64,000 bases of DNA from a candidate division FCPU426 bacterium (GCA_027452205.1 DAIDGV010000003.1:201399-265398), one strand, 5' to 3'. Positions 10,601 to 19,790 are shown, counted from the first letter of the stretch. A program made the numbers and translations. Notes: a model not told the origin generated them from the letters alone.

Positions 10601-13600
10601 AATGTGGGTATTCCATAATTCAAGTTTGGATGGGCCTGATTCAGCGGCGAGTCGGAATCGAGGACCGTGACACCGTTCGACGGATCGTTATTGGAGTTTT
10701 CGTTCATGACCCCAAAATCGAACATGATCCATTTATCTTTCCCGTCGTTATAGATCCAAGTTTGGAAATACTGGACCGTAGAAAAGTCTTCCCCTGCCGA
10801 CGAGAGGACTTGCCTCAAACCCGCCCAAGTCGCGTTGGTCAAATGGGCGTAAGGCACCTGCAGAACATTAACCACGTCGCTGGCTTGGTTGGTCTGGGCG
10901 TAAACGTGGCCACCACCACCTGGAATTGCGGTGGACGTATTGATGCCAAAGTCCACTTGGGTCGAGGACACGTCGTCATAAAAACGGACACGATTATTAC
11001 CGCTATCCGCGCCGGCATCATAGGTTCCAGCCTGACTGTTCAAATAGGTCGGCGCGTAGGCAGGCGCAGAAGAGACCAACCAACTACTCGTGTTCAAGGA
11101 AGCCGTAATAGCGCTATCGATCCCTTCCATGTTGTCGACTAAAGCTACCCCTGTCTCGCCTTCGGCATTATAGGTGTCCGGGTTGAAATAACTCTGCGCG
11201 ATTTCACCGGATAGTTTTAGGCTCGCAGGTGGTTTCCATTTTTCAAGTCCTGGGATGATACCCGTGATTGATTTAAGGTCTTCCGAGTCCATCTCATATT
11301 TGGTATCCGCATCGAACAAGGTCAAAGAATTCGGGGTCGACCCCAACTGGGGTGTGTCGTTGGGTTGTTGGGAAGTGTCGAGCAAAAAGGTCGACCCAAT
11401 GAAGAACTTATCGGTAACGTCATACTCCATCCGACCACCGAGGATGTTTTGCGCACCAAAGGAACCAAACGGCGAATATTCATAAGAAACAACGATCTGG
11501 CTGTTAGGCGTCAAGATGCTCTTGTCCTGGAAATCCAGGAAGCCCGATGTGTAATCGATGAAATAATCCGTATCTCTCCGTAAGAGACGCCCATCCAAAT
11601 AAACCGTTTCACTGCCTCTCAAAATATTGATGTTGTCGAGTTTAAAGGTTGTCAGCTGCGTTTTATATCTCAGATGGATCGTATACAGACTGTTCGGAGT
11701 GTTCTGCTGGATGTTGTAAACATCTAAGTTCCCCATCACACCGCCCGCTGCCAAAGGGCTGGCAACTCCATCCTGATTCGGAAAAGGTCGTTCCGGAAAG
11801 TAAAGCGGTGAACTATTGGCAAAATTAACATTTGTTACGCTGATGACATTCAGGTCCAAATTCAAATTATAGACATAAGGATTTGCCGCGGTACCACCCT
11901 GGTTCGTTTGGATGATATTGTTTGTGCCTGTTGAAATGATCTGGAATAGAAAGCCCGGATCCTGCTGGGGCGGTATAAGCTTATCGGTCCCTAACGAGAA
12001 ATAATTCACCAAATACATCGGGCTGAGGACTTTCGAGCTGGTGGTCGAAGTACCCGGGGACCCAACATAATCCTTAATGAGGATGTAGTAAGTGGATCCA
12101 TTATTGCCAGAATCGATAATACCGTTATCGGGAACGTTTAGGATGTCCGTAGAATACTGGCCCAATATCGGTGTCAAGTCCGTGGAAGTGGTACCAAAAA
12201 CGTTCAAACCACGCTTGATTCCACTTTGGTCCGTATACCCGACCGCGACCTGGCTGCTGAGGGATAGGGTACGCAAGAAAGTGATGATCCCGGTCGTGTA
12301 ATCGATGGTGTAATCCCGGCCCGGTAACCAGTGTTCCCACTGGCCGACGAAATTAGGCGTTCCGATCGGGGCATATTGATTGTTGACCGGATTTACCCAG
12401 ATCTGTTCACTGCCGCTCTGGGGCAGATAAGTAGCGGTGGCCTGCGGCCTGGAAATATAGAAATATTTCCAGGGGATATAGGAAATATCCGAATAAGTCT
12501 TGTCGATCTGGGTGGTGTTTCCCGTGAAGACTTTCGTCACCGCGATACCCTTTGTTTGGGCGAAAAAAGATGTAAACCGGAAATTGTCGAATTTGAGCAC
12601 TGCTTGCAGTCCGAATAGCTGCTTACTGAACCCGGCAAACTCGGTGTTGGGCAAGGTCAGCTGCAGGTCACCGAAAGAGACGGTCTGAACCACACTATCT
12701 GGATCCCCATGATAGACGATGGAAATATCTTGTTTGGTCTCGTCCACACCACCGGCGCGATTGACATCGCTATAGTCCACGTTCACATCGACATTACTAC
12801 CGACCTTACCTTTCAAGTTCACGACCAACTCCTGATTAATGGTCGTCGTATTTACCTGATTAGAAACACCGTCCACGTTTGGGCGGTTGAAAGTCTGGAA
12901 AGCGAATGCGGCATCAACTTTTTTATAACCCTGGATCGACAATTGACTGTCAGCGGGCAACTTCAGGTTGATGATATTCTGCTCGGGAACAGCCAGTATC
13001 TTTTCCTGCTCCGGCGCCGTTTGTTTGGCCACTCGGATAGCGGCCAACTGTTCTGTCGATTGAGCGATCTCCATGCCGTTTGGTGTCACCGCCAGTTCAT
13101 CCGAATAAGGGCTCATATTGCCCTGTCCATCCACAGCGGCGACGACATAAAAATAATCCTCGCCATTCTGGGGCAGCAATAAGCTGTTGGAGGCTCCATC
13201 CAAAAAATAGGCCGCGTTCAAGGGCCTGGAATTGACCTGCTTATAACCCATTCCCGGCGTAGTAGAACGATAGACGTTGTAATAGGCGGTACTCGAGCCT
13301 GCGGGCGAGGTATCCCAAGAAAGATAGACCCCTTCCTTAAGGACGATCACCGATACTCCTGTAGGCATGGGCGGCGGGTGGTATATGTAGGTTTTGGAAT
13401 GCGTTGGCACCCCATTCGTGACACCATTCTCAGCATCGATGGATTTAAGCACTCTTGCCTCCTCTTCAGGGCTCAAAGAGAAGTCGCCGGAAACACCTTG
13501 GGAATCCACAGTGGGCACCGGTGAAGCGTTATGCACCGGTCCGTTTCCTGCGGTGGGGATCGGACCCAGCCCATTGGATGCCGGAATAGCCGCCACTGCC

Positions 13601-13746
13601 GTCGCCACGATGGAAGCCTCAGTGGAATGACCCGCCGTGGGCACCACCGTCTGTGCCCATCCCTGATCGATCAGGAGAAAGACGAAAATCCCCAGCCAAA
13701 AAGGGGGTCGCTTAGGCATTTTGATATTCAATATGCAACCGACCAT
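7684..13746 (-). CDS. 2020-aa giant secreted beta-rich outer-membrane protein; SprA-like T9SS translocon candidate (hypothesis)
   Basis: Signal peptide (MPKRPPFWLGIFVFLLIDQGWAQ; alternative start at the second Met). An FN3-like module near the N-terminus, then ~1800 aa of N/T/S/Y/D/G-rich sequence with alternating-hydrophobic beta-strand patterns. C-terminal residue is Phe (LWQISLSGEAKF). SprA is the only family of this size and type known to me. Confidence 0.5.
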   Translation of the reverse strand: MVGCILNIKMPKRPPFWLGIFVFLLIDQGWAQTVVPTAGHSTEASIVATAVAAIPASNGLGPIPTAGNGPVHNASPVPTVDSQGVSGDFSLSPEEEARVLKSIDAENGVTNGVPTHSKTYIYHPPPMPTGVSVIVLKEGVYLSWDTSPAGSSTAYYNVYRSTTPGMGYKQVNSRPLNAAYFLDGASNSLLLPQNGEDYFYVVAAVDGQGNMSPYSDELAVTPNGMEIAQSTEQLAAIRVAKQTAPEQEKILAVPEQNIINLKLPADSQLSIQGYKKVDAAFAFQTFNRPNVDGVSNQVNTTTINQELVVNLKGKVGSNVDVNVDYSDVNRAGGVDETKQDISIVYHGDPDSVVQTVSFGDLQLTLPNTEFAGFSKQLFGLQAVLKFDNFRFTSFFAQTKGIAVTKVFTGNTTQIDKTYSDISYIPWKYFYISRPQATATYLPQSGSEQIWVNPVNNQYAPIGTPNFVGQWEHWLPGRDYTIDYTTGIITFLRTLSLSSQVAVGYTDQSGIKRGLNVFGTTSTDLTPILGQYSTDILNVPDNGIIDSGNNGSTYYILIKDYVGSPGTSTTSSKVLSPMYLVNYFSLGTDKLIPPQQDPGFLFQIISTGTNNIIQTNQGGTAANPYVYNLNLDLNVISVTNVNFANSSPLYFPERPFPNQDGVASPLAAGGVMGNLDVYNIQQNTPNSLYTIHLRYKTQLTTFKLDNINILRGSETVYLDGRLLRRDTDYFIDYTSGFLDFQDKSILTPNSQIVVSYEYSPFGSFGAQNILGGRMEYDVTDKFFIGSTFLLDTSQQPNDTPQLGSTPNSLTLFDADTKYEMDSEDLKSITGIIPGLEKWKPPASLKLSGEIAQSYFNPDTYNAEGETGVALVDNMEGIDSAITASLNTSSWLVSSAPAYAPTYLNSQAGTYDAGADSGNNRVRFYDDVSSTQVDFGINTSTAIPGGGGHVYAQTNQASDVVNVLQVPYAHLTNATWAGLRQVLSSAGEDFSTVQYFQTWIYNDGKDKWIMFDFGVMNENSNNDPSNGVTVLDSDSPLNQAHPNLNYGIPTFYTAFDNNPFAYNVQHAGFNYLPDNHGDLGFIGLQAGYNNYNVVNNSSPGQPETSQEGQYNGSFVTQNMDGTGVLNTQDNYFEYGIRANWSGWQLIKIPVNLVSPDYQSSTSNGISYFFHSQGTPNAIVVKSLRMWITGTSGTPIDGNFLIDTINFTHNLWQLAVDPGANADMGVTINPSKFNVNSISQAENSTYNPNMRFIIIQPGQDQNAIQFNEKSLDITYNLSSADYDPAGNINGKPIYYTTRIFQQGLDFTDYQNLAMDMNIRSYNQGDIFFIRIGNDQLDYYQYNISMESLANNLGLDNWGAVNVAIDGSGGNRTTVGTPYINKASQISFGFISPNPPGGRTGEVWIDNLRTNTANVRTGTARRLNAEMVLGDDPKKPFAVIDGRYREVDSGFTEIDQTSTHFQHSLQYGLDYSSSGIYLFGQPLRAQFSFTDQELYTETALLNNPYYLDLPNSQIDTTTGSILYTKDLGPEFGRLTSINLSGSTSSEVDVYQSAYLDQPGVQGNTEKYEQRVSLISTYDMPTKLWFFPIGTNQLTENYTLTHDQQDFTFNFLSPYDRTTYQQNYGWTNTTEVVKNLVFTPGFSVALTDAVGNTNSPGVPGSVATPVPFVQQFQPKGGLVYRGVPGVIPSITYSGSDTYDAVDYQDGLRFSNSNNVNYSLNVTPGSWLPFFQQINLTLFGGRTDSSTVSIPGYQAGELNFGQQWWLIDPTDPNIDKIALLATRSTTDQLNASFKLFDVWDFRPTGSWTDQYSLLYTGAPPTQQVSDTLGITTIYNKRIFTLPWLSFSVNSAQIEYTHTDSTQYDSSVVSQVDSYSESDIFGVTFPYEISKTSQGNIRFQESLGEQNGLATTNVPTYTHDYQLSAEYDQKFAPNLMLHIPFTHWKIQLHDAIEFKANFLSDYTENDSLYTYNQIKTQRYRGTLEFDYNALKNLRIGLTGINEYYTDYLTSTLGYVLWQISLSGEAKF

Positions 13747-13770
13747 ACGAGCGACCGATCCTTTATCAAC

Positions 13771-14520
13771 TTAATCCAGGTCCAATACTTTCTTAAGCTC
13801 ATCCAATCGATCCCGGCTGACCGGCAACCGCGTCTTGAGTGGATCCGACAGGACGGCGAGATATTTCCTGTCGCCCTCGTGTTCCAATTCCTTGAGATAA
13901 TCGAGATTAATAACAGCGCTACGGTGGATCCGGAGGAATTTTTGTGGATCCAACCGTTTGATCAAAGCGTCCAGGCTGTCGTCCGCCGTTAGTTCTTGCC
14001 CTTCCACCCGCAAGACCGCGTAATGGTCTTTTGCGACGACCGCGGAGATGAATGACGGATCGAACACCTTGTATTTCGAACCACATTTGATCGCCATACG
14101 CCGTTTTGTGCGGCCCTCATCTAGGCGCGCGACCAGGTCCCTTAGATGACCCGCGTTGGCGCCCTCTTTCCTTTTGCGTATACGTTCCAAGGTCTCCGCT
14201 AACCGCTCGGGAGAAACCGGTTTTACCAAATAATCTGCGGCGGAAAGTTCAAAAGCGCGCAAGGCGTGCTCACTGTAAGCTGTCACAAAGACCACCACCG
14301 GGCCTTTGTCCCCCAGGGTTTCTGCCACTTCCAGGCCGTTCAGCTCAGGCATTTCAATGTCCAGGAACAAGAGGTCTGGTTCCAATTTTTGTGCGCTTTG
14401 CAGGGCTTCTACCCCATTGGAGGCTTCCCCGACCACTTCCAGGTCCGGAAAGGCCGCCAACATTCGATGGAACCGGGCCCGGGCCGGTGCTTCGTCATCC
14501 GCGATAAGGACCTTGATCAT
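13771..14520 (-). CDS. LytTR-family response regulator (REC + LytTR DNA-binding domain)
   Basis: MIKVLIADDE...LDIEMPELNG receiver domain. C-terminal LytTR-type domain (KFLRIHRSAVINLDYLKELE). Confidence 0.85.
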   Translation of the reverse strand: MIKVLIADDEAPARARFHRMLAAFPDLEVVGEASNGVEALQSAQKLEPDLLFLDIEMPELNGLEVAETLGDKGPVVVFVTAYSEHALRAFELSAADYLVKPVSPERLAETLERIRKRKEGANAGHLRDLVARLDEGRTKRRMAIKCGSKYKVFDPSFISAVVAKDHYAVLRVEGQELTADDSLDALIKRLDPQKFLRIHRSAVINLDYLKELEHEGDRKYLAVLSDPLKTRLPVSRDRLDELKKVLDLD

Positions 14521-15824
14521 GACTTCCCCTTTTCCGGCGTCGAGACCTTGTTCAAAGGCAAGGAGATCACTAACCGAGCGCCTCCCTTTTTACCGGCTGT
14601 GACCTCTAATGTGCCTTCAGCCCCAAATTCCAAGTTCAACCGTTTTCGGCAATTTTCCAAAGCTGTTCCGGACCCCGCATAAGGAGAGTTTCCAAAGCCC
14701 ACCCCATCGTCCTCGACCGAAAGGGCCAATTGATTCTCTTGTTTCCCTACCTCAACCCATATATGCCCGCCACCCGCCCTGGAGGAGATGCCGTGCTTGA
14801 CCGCGTTCTCCACCAAAGGCTGCAAGATCAAAACGGGCACTTGAATGTTTTCAAGGTCCAACCCTTCGGCGACCTTGATGCGAGAGACCAGTCGGGCGCC
14901 AAAACGGCTCTTTTCAATGTCTAAATAATCTCGGCAAAATTCCAATTCCTTTTTCAGGGCATGATTCGTTTTACGGGTCGCTTCCAAGACCGCTTGGAAC
15001 AAGGAAGAAAGTTTAATCACCACCTGTTCCGCCTTGGCAGGATCCTCAGGGATCAAAGAAGCAACTGTGTTGAGCGTGTTGAAAAGGAAATGCGGGTTCA
15101 TTTGGTCCTTGAGCTTGGTCAAAAGCGCTTGAAGTCTTTCCTTCTCCAATTCTTCAGCGCGCAGGCGACTGGACCGAGCGGCATCCCGCAGTTCTTCCCA
15201 TGATTTCACGAAAAAAAAGACCAAGAGCAACATCCACCCCCAAAAGGTCTCGCTGCCGTAATATTCCCAATGGAACTCTGGTGTAATTGGATCGCCCACG
15301 AAGGTCCAGTTGATGAGATAAACGATCAATCGCAAGGCCAAATAAAGACCCGGTGGTACGAGAATGGCCATGAAAAGAAGGAACCATCCCGTCCCGTGAA
15401 GGGGACGGCTCTTCCCTTGTCGTCCATACCAGAACTTTTCCCCGATTAAGTAGGACCAAATGATCAACATGGCGAACAAGCCAATGAAGGTCGCTTCAAG
15501 GAAGCTCCACCCCCACCTAAAACCGATGGATTGAAGGGAACCCTTCTCATAGATCAGGCTCATCAAGAAACTGGAAAAAGGGTTCCAGATGAAAAGGAGT
15601 TTAAGAAACGAGACCAAAAAGTTCCGCTCAAAATTAAGCGAAAAGAGCCATTTCCACACCCGGTTCATGCGTCGTTCCTTCCCGCTGTTGAAATTGACTA
15701 CCTGTATCCGAGAAACCCCCGGGAACCCCTCTAATACATCCCAAATCATAGCAATTCCGCCTTGGTTGATGGTTATTTTTGGTCCTAGGCAAGACCTGTT
15801 TTGATCCACGCTCTTAAGATACAA
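14517..15824 (-). CDS. LytS/YehU-type sensor histidine kinase (polytopic membrane N-terminus + His_kinase + HATPase_c)
   Basis: Multi-TM N-terminal half. HFLFNTLNTVASLI (PF06580-type His kinase motif). GGHIWVEV...DDGVGF ATPase region. Overlaps the LytTR gene by 4 nt. The real start may be the internal Met at about 15668. Confidence 0.8.
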   Translation of the reverse strand: MYLKSVDQNRSCLGPKITINQGGIAMIWDVLEGFPGVSRIQVVNFNSGKERRMNRVWKWLFSLNFERNFLVSFLKLLFIWNPFSSFLMSLIYEKGSLQSIGFRWGWSFLEATFIGLFAMLIIWSYLIGEKFWYGRQGKSRPLHGTGWFLLFMAILVPPGLYLALRLIVYLINWTFVGDPITPEFHWEYYGSETFWGWMLLLVFFFVKSWEELRDAARSSRLRAEELEKERLQALLTKLKDQMNPHFLFNTLNTVASLIPEDPAKAEQVVIKLSSLFQAVLEATRKTNHALKKELEFCRDYLDIEKSRFGARLVSRIKVAEGLDLENIQVPVLILQPLVENAVKHGISSRAGGGHIWVEVGKQENQLALSVEDDGVGFGNSPYAGSGTALENCRKRLNLEFGAEGTLEVTAGKKGGARLVISLPLNKVSTPEKGKS

Positions 15825-15909
15825 CCCTTACCCAAAGACCGGGGACAGCCGGTCCTCAATGGACGAAAAGCTGTCGTGAGCCGCCGGAAGCGGGGCCTCG
15901 GCTTGCCCC

Positions 15910-15937
15910 TTGGGATGATAGAGCGCTGTGCTATACT
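15910..15937 (+). promoter_or_regulatory. candidate sigma70-type promoter for lptF (TTGGGA-16-TATACT)
   Basis: TTGGGA at 15910-15915, 16-nt spacer, TATACT at 15932-15937. GAGG Shine-Dalgarno and TTG start follow at 15958-15968. Confidence 0.3.
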
Positions 15938-15965
15938 GCGACCCACCACAGCAACCGAGGCTTTT

Positions 15966-17105
15966 TTGAGAATCACCTATCGATACATCCTTCAAGAAAT
16001 GGCGCCGACTTTCTTGGTGGCGGTCGCCATGCTGACCTTCCTTTTCATGACCAACCGTGTCTTTCTTTTGTTGGACCTGATCCTCAACAAAAAAGCCCCT
16101 CTCGGCGATACTCTGGTGCTTTACCTAAGCTTGATGCCCTTTGTTCTCTCCTTTACCATTCCCATGTCCATGATGGTGGCTACCCTTTTGGCCTTTGGCC
16201 GCTTGAGTTCGGACATGGAAGTGACCGCCTTCAAGAGTAGCGGCATCCATGTCTTTCACCTGATCGCACCGGTCCTGGTATTCGGTATGGTGATGACCGG
16301 CATCATGCTCTTTTTCAACGACCGCATCCTGCCAGCGGCTAATTACGCGTTCAAAGAGACCCATTTCAAGATCCTCCAAAAACAGGCAAATGTGGCCATA
16401 CGGGAAAGGATCTTCATCGACCAATTCGAGGGTTACCAGTTCTATATTGACCACCTCAGTCCTGACGGCCTGTTCAATCAGGTGAAGATGTTCAACCGCT
16501 GGTCAGGCAAAGCACCCCTGCAGACCACAGTGGCCAAGACTGGCAATCTGGAATCAGATCCCCAAAAGTACCAAATGTTCTTTCATCTGAACGACGGGGT
16601 CATGAGCTGGGAAAACAATAATTACCAGACCTACAACCGACTCTATTTCCAGCACTACACCATCCATTTAAAGTTGGAGAACCAGTTGGCAAAGATGTCC
16701 GACATCAAGAAGGATTATGAGGAAATGACCTTGGGTGAGCTTTCTTCCGAGATCGGCAAGACCACCGACGAAAGCCGGGAGCGGTCCCTTCACATCGAAT
16801 TTCAAAAACGGATCTCCATGCCCTTCGCTTGCGTCATCTTGATCTGGTTCTGCGCCCCCTTAGGTCTATGGACCCGTTCAAAGGGTTTTATCGGCTTCAT
16901 CTTGGGATTGGCCATGATCTTCGTTTATTACCTGATGTTCACCGTTGGACAGATCATGAGCGAAAGGGGTGTTATGGATCCTGTCATCGGCTGTTGGTGG
17001 CCCAACCTTCTCTTGTTCGTCGTTGGCGCCTTCATTTATTATCTGGTGGTATCCGAAAATTCCGCATTCAAGAACCTGCCTGGTTTTCCCGGCGGCAAAG
17101 GTTGA
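15966..17105 (+). CDS. lptF: LptF/LptG-family LPS export permease (YjgP/YjgQ)
   Basis: ORF track starts at 15801, but the conserved N-terminus (RITYRYILQEM...) aligns with the paralog MRILTRYILKEF. Likely TTG start at 15966 with GAGG 5 nt upstream. 6 TM segments plus a periplasmic beta-jellyroll region. Confidence 0.7.
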   Translation: MRITYRYILQEMAPTFLVAVAMLTFLFMTNRVFLLLDLILNKKAPLGDTLVLYLSLMPFVLSFTIPMSMMVATLLAFGRLSSDMEVTAFKSSGIHVFHLIAPVLVFGMVMTGIMLFFNDRILPAANYAFKETHFKILQKQANVAIRERIFIDQFEGYQFYIDHLSPDGLFNQVKMFNRWSGKAPLQTTVAKTGNLESDPQKYQMFFHLNDGVMSWENNNYQTYNRLYFQHYTIHLKLENQLAKMSDIKKDYEEMTLGELSSEIGKTTDESRERSLHIEFQKRISMPFACVILIWFCAPLGLWTRSKGFIGFILGLAMIFVYYLMFTVGQIMSERGVMDPVIGCWWPNLLLFVVGAFIYYLVVSENSAFKNLPGFPGGKG

Positions 17106-17115
17106 TTGACAAATA

Positions 17116-18204
17116 ATGAGGATCCTCACTCGCTATATCCTGAAAGAATTCTCCAAGCCCTTCCTGATCGCCGTCATTGGTTTCAGCGTCGTAGTCCTCA
17201 TCGTGCAGATCTTTAACGACATCCGCTTCATCATGGATAACAAACCCGGCATGTTCCTGACCCTGAAATATTTCTGCCTACAAGTGCCCGGTTTCGCGGT
17301 ACAGATCATCCCCATCGCCGTACTTTTTGGCGTTCTTTTTTCCTTAAGTCGTCTTTCCAAGAACAGCGAATTGATCGCCATGAGGGCGGGCGGGGTCAGC
17401 ATCTATTTTGTCGCGATTCCCCTTACCATCGCCGGTTTTTTCATTTGTCTAGGAACCATCCTTATGAACGAGACCGTGGTTCCTCAAGCCACCTTGATGA
17501 TAGAACACACCAAGAAGGTCGAGATCATGCACATGAGCGAGGAATTCGCCACCCTTCAACGCCAGAACATCTCCATGATGGGTGCCAGTAACGAGCTTTA
17601 CCACATCGGTTTCTTTAATGGGACCGACAATAGCATGACCGATATCCTGATCCTGGATTACGACAACGGCTCGCACTTGCGGTCCCGGATCGACGCTCAA
17701 AGCGCTAAATATCAGAACAACCAATGGATCTTTTCGAACGGTTATTTACGGGCTTTTGACGACAACGACAAAGAAATATCGGCGCAGCATTTTGATCAAC
17801 TGCCGGTTGCCATCCCTGAAAAACCCGCGGACTTCTTACGGGACCCGAAACCCGCCGAGGAACGAACTTTATTGGAATTGGTCCGTTATGTCCAACAGTT
17901 GCAACGGAACGGTTCTGACTGTCACAAAGAATTGGTTGAGTTGAACCACAAACTGGCCATCCCTTTCGGCTGCGTCATTTTGGCTATTTTGGGCGTACCC
18001 TGGGGCTGGAGCATGGGCAAGTTCAGCGGCGTTGTCGCTAGTTTTGGTATTTGTCTTTTGGTGGCGTTCATTTATATCGGAGGGCAACAGATCGGACAAG
18101 GATTGGGAAATCAGGGGTTGATCTCTCCCTTTTTAGCCACTTGGTCCATGAACATTCTGTTCTGTGTGATCGGCCCGATCCTCTTGATCCGCAAGAACCG
18201 TTGA
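17116..18204 (+). CDS. lptG: LptF/LptG-family LPS export permease (YjgP/YjgQ)
   Basis: MRILTRYILKEFSKPFL N-terminus and YjgP/YjgQ architecture. Tandem with the preceding paralog. Confidence 0.75.
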   Translation: MRILTRYILKEFSKPFLIAVIGFSVVVLIVQIFNDIRFIMDNKPGMFLTLKYFCLQVPGFAVQIIPIAVLFGVLFSLSRLSKNSELIAMRAGGVSIYFVAIPLTIAGFFICLGTILMNETVVPQATLMIEHTKKVEIMHMSEEFATLQRQNISMMGASNELYHIGFFNGTDNSMTDILILDYDNGSHLRSRIDAQSAKYQNNQWIFSNGYLRAFDDNDKEISAQHFDQLPVAIPEKPADFLRDPKPAEERTLLELVRYVQQLQRNGSDCHKELVELNHKLAIPFGCVILAILGVPWGWSMGKFSGVVASFGICLLVAFIYIGGQQIGQGLGNQGLISPFLATWSMNILFCVIGPILLIRKNR

Positions 18205-18207
18205 TGG

Positions 18208-19014
18208 TCAAACAGTCTGGATGAAAAAGCGGTGTTTCTTTGCCAGGACCGCAAGTTTCTCTTTTTCCAGTAAGAAAGATCTGCCCGACTCAATGACCAA
18301 GCCCTTGACTTTGGCTTGAACGATCCTTTGAATGGTCTCAGGTCCAACCGTGGGCACATCGAATCGCCAATCTTGTTTCGGGCTTGCGACCTTGATGACG
18401 ATACTGCCCGGCCCGGCTACTCGTCCCGCCCGGGTGATGGTTGCGTCGGTTCCTTCCATGGCTTCAACTGCAACCACGGCGCTTTTCTTGGCCACGAGGG
18501 TCTGGCCGATTCCCGCATTAGCCAACAACTTGGCCTGCCGGACCCCGTAAGCGATGGTTGCCTTGGCTTCGCTATCAATCTTACCTACAACAAAGCCTTT
18601 GGGAGCTATCAATCCATCCATAAGGAATCGGCAGTCCTTGAGAATTACTCCCTGTTTTTGCAGTTCGACGGCCAATGCTTTGAGCAAACCTTCGCCCGAC
18701 CGGTCCTTGAGGCGGATCCAGATTGATAGCGCCTTGAGGTCCAATTTGAAATTCTTGAAAAGGGACGAGTGCTGGACTTTTCCATGCATGACCGCTTGAT
18801 GAACGCCTTGTTGCTTGAAGAATTTGATAAGGCCGCCTAACTGGCCAATAGAAATCCATCGGATAGTGGTACTGAGTTTTTCAAGGTCCTTGGGAGCCAT
18901 ACCCAGGACCGCCACCGTATGGACCTGTAATCCTTTAGCCTTAGCTTGCAGCGCAAACTGGATCGGCAAAGCGCCACCACCGGCAATAAGGCCGATCGAA
19001 CCGGGCTTCTTCAA
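18208..19014 (-). CDS. lpxI: UDP-2,3-diacylglucosamine hydrolase LpxI (DUF1009 family)
   Basis: N-terminus IGLIAGGGALP is typical of LpxI. Located immediately after lpxA in the lipid A cluster. Confidence 0.65.
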   Translation of the reverse strand: MKKPGSIGLIAGGGALPIQFALQAKAKGLQVHTVAVLGMAPKDLEKLSTTIRWISIGQLGGLIKFFKQQGVHQAVMHGKVQHSSLFKNFKLDLKALSIWIRLKDRSGEGLLKALAVELQKQGVILKDCRFLMDGLIAPKGFVVGKIDSEAKATIAYGVRQAKLLANAGIGQTLVAKKSAVVAVEAMEGTDATITRAGRVAGPGSIVIKVASPKQDWRFDVPTVGPETIQRIVQAKVKGLVIESGRSFLLEKEKLAVLAKKHRFFIQTV

Positions 19015-19790
19015 CGAACGATCCCACGGGTAGAGCCGTTGAGAAAATCGACAAGGTGCTTGATCTCTTCGATCTGAGGGAACTCGGTCGTCAAGGTATG
19101 GATCGCTTCCTTCAAGGTCATGTTATTTCGAAAAATGACCTTATGTGCCTTTTTGAGCGTATCGATTGTCTCTTTACTGAAATTATTTCGTTCCAGCCCG
19201 ATCTGGTTAACGCCGATGATACGGAGCGGTTCTTCGCCAGCGATCATATAAGGCACCACATCCTGGACCGCCCGGAACCCTCCGCCGATCATCACATAGC
19301 GCCCGATACGGCAGAACTGGTGGACCGGAGTTACCCCGCCAATGGTTGCATGGTCGTCGATGTGCACGTGCCCGCCCAGGGTCGCTAAGTTGGCTAATTT
19401 GATATGACTACCCAAAACACAGTTATGACCCACGTGGGCCTGGATCATCAGCCAGTTATCATTACCGATAATGGTCTTGCTACCCTCGCCTGTTCCTGGA
19501 TTGACCGTCACGTGTTCGCGAAAATAATTGTCATCACCAATCTCTAAATAACAGATCTCGCCTTTATATTTCACATCTTGAGGTTCGCTGCCAATGACGG
19601 CCCCGGTGAAGACCCGATTGCGTTTCCCCATGCTGGTGTGGCCGGTGATGATACAATGGGACCCAACGGTCGTGCCTTCTCCCAGGGTCACATACTCATC
19701 AATGATGGAATAGGGACCAACGTTCACGCCATCTGCCAACCGGGCCTTAGGATGCACGATGGCCGTCGGATGGATCATGGTTGGCATCAA
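19011..19790 (-). CDS. lpxA: acyl-ACP--UDP-N-acetylglucosamine O-acyltransferase
   Basis: Left-handed beta-helix hexapeptide repeats. [26 protein letters not shown] start, 259 aa. Confidence 0.9.
   Translation of the reverse strand: MMPTMIHPTAIVHPKARLADGVNVGPYSIIDEYVTLGEGTTVGSHCIITGHTSMGKRNRVFTGAVIGSEPQDVKYKGEICYLEIGDDNYFREHVTVNPGTGEGSKTIIGNDNWLMIQAHVGHNCVLGSHIKLANLATLGGHVHIDDHATIGGVTPVHQFCRIGRYVMIGGGFRAVQDVVPYMIAGEEPLRIIGVNQIGLERNNFSKETIDTLKKAHKVIFRNNMTLKEAIHTLTTEFPQIEEIKHLVDFLNGSTRGIVR

Noticed and set aside
8068-13992. Series of 70-205-aa plus-strand ORFs (8650, 9736, 10525, 12709, 13531 and others)
   Set aside because: All lie antisense within the 2020-aa gene, whose sense frame is uninterrupted for 6 kb. 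No independent support.
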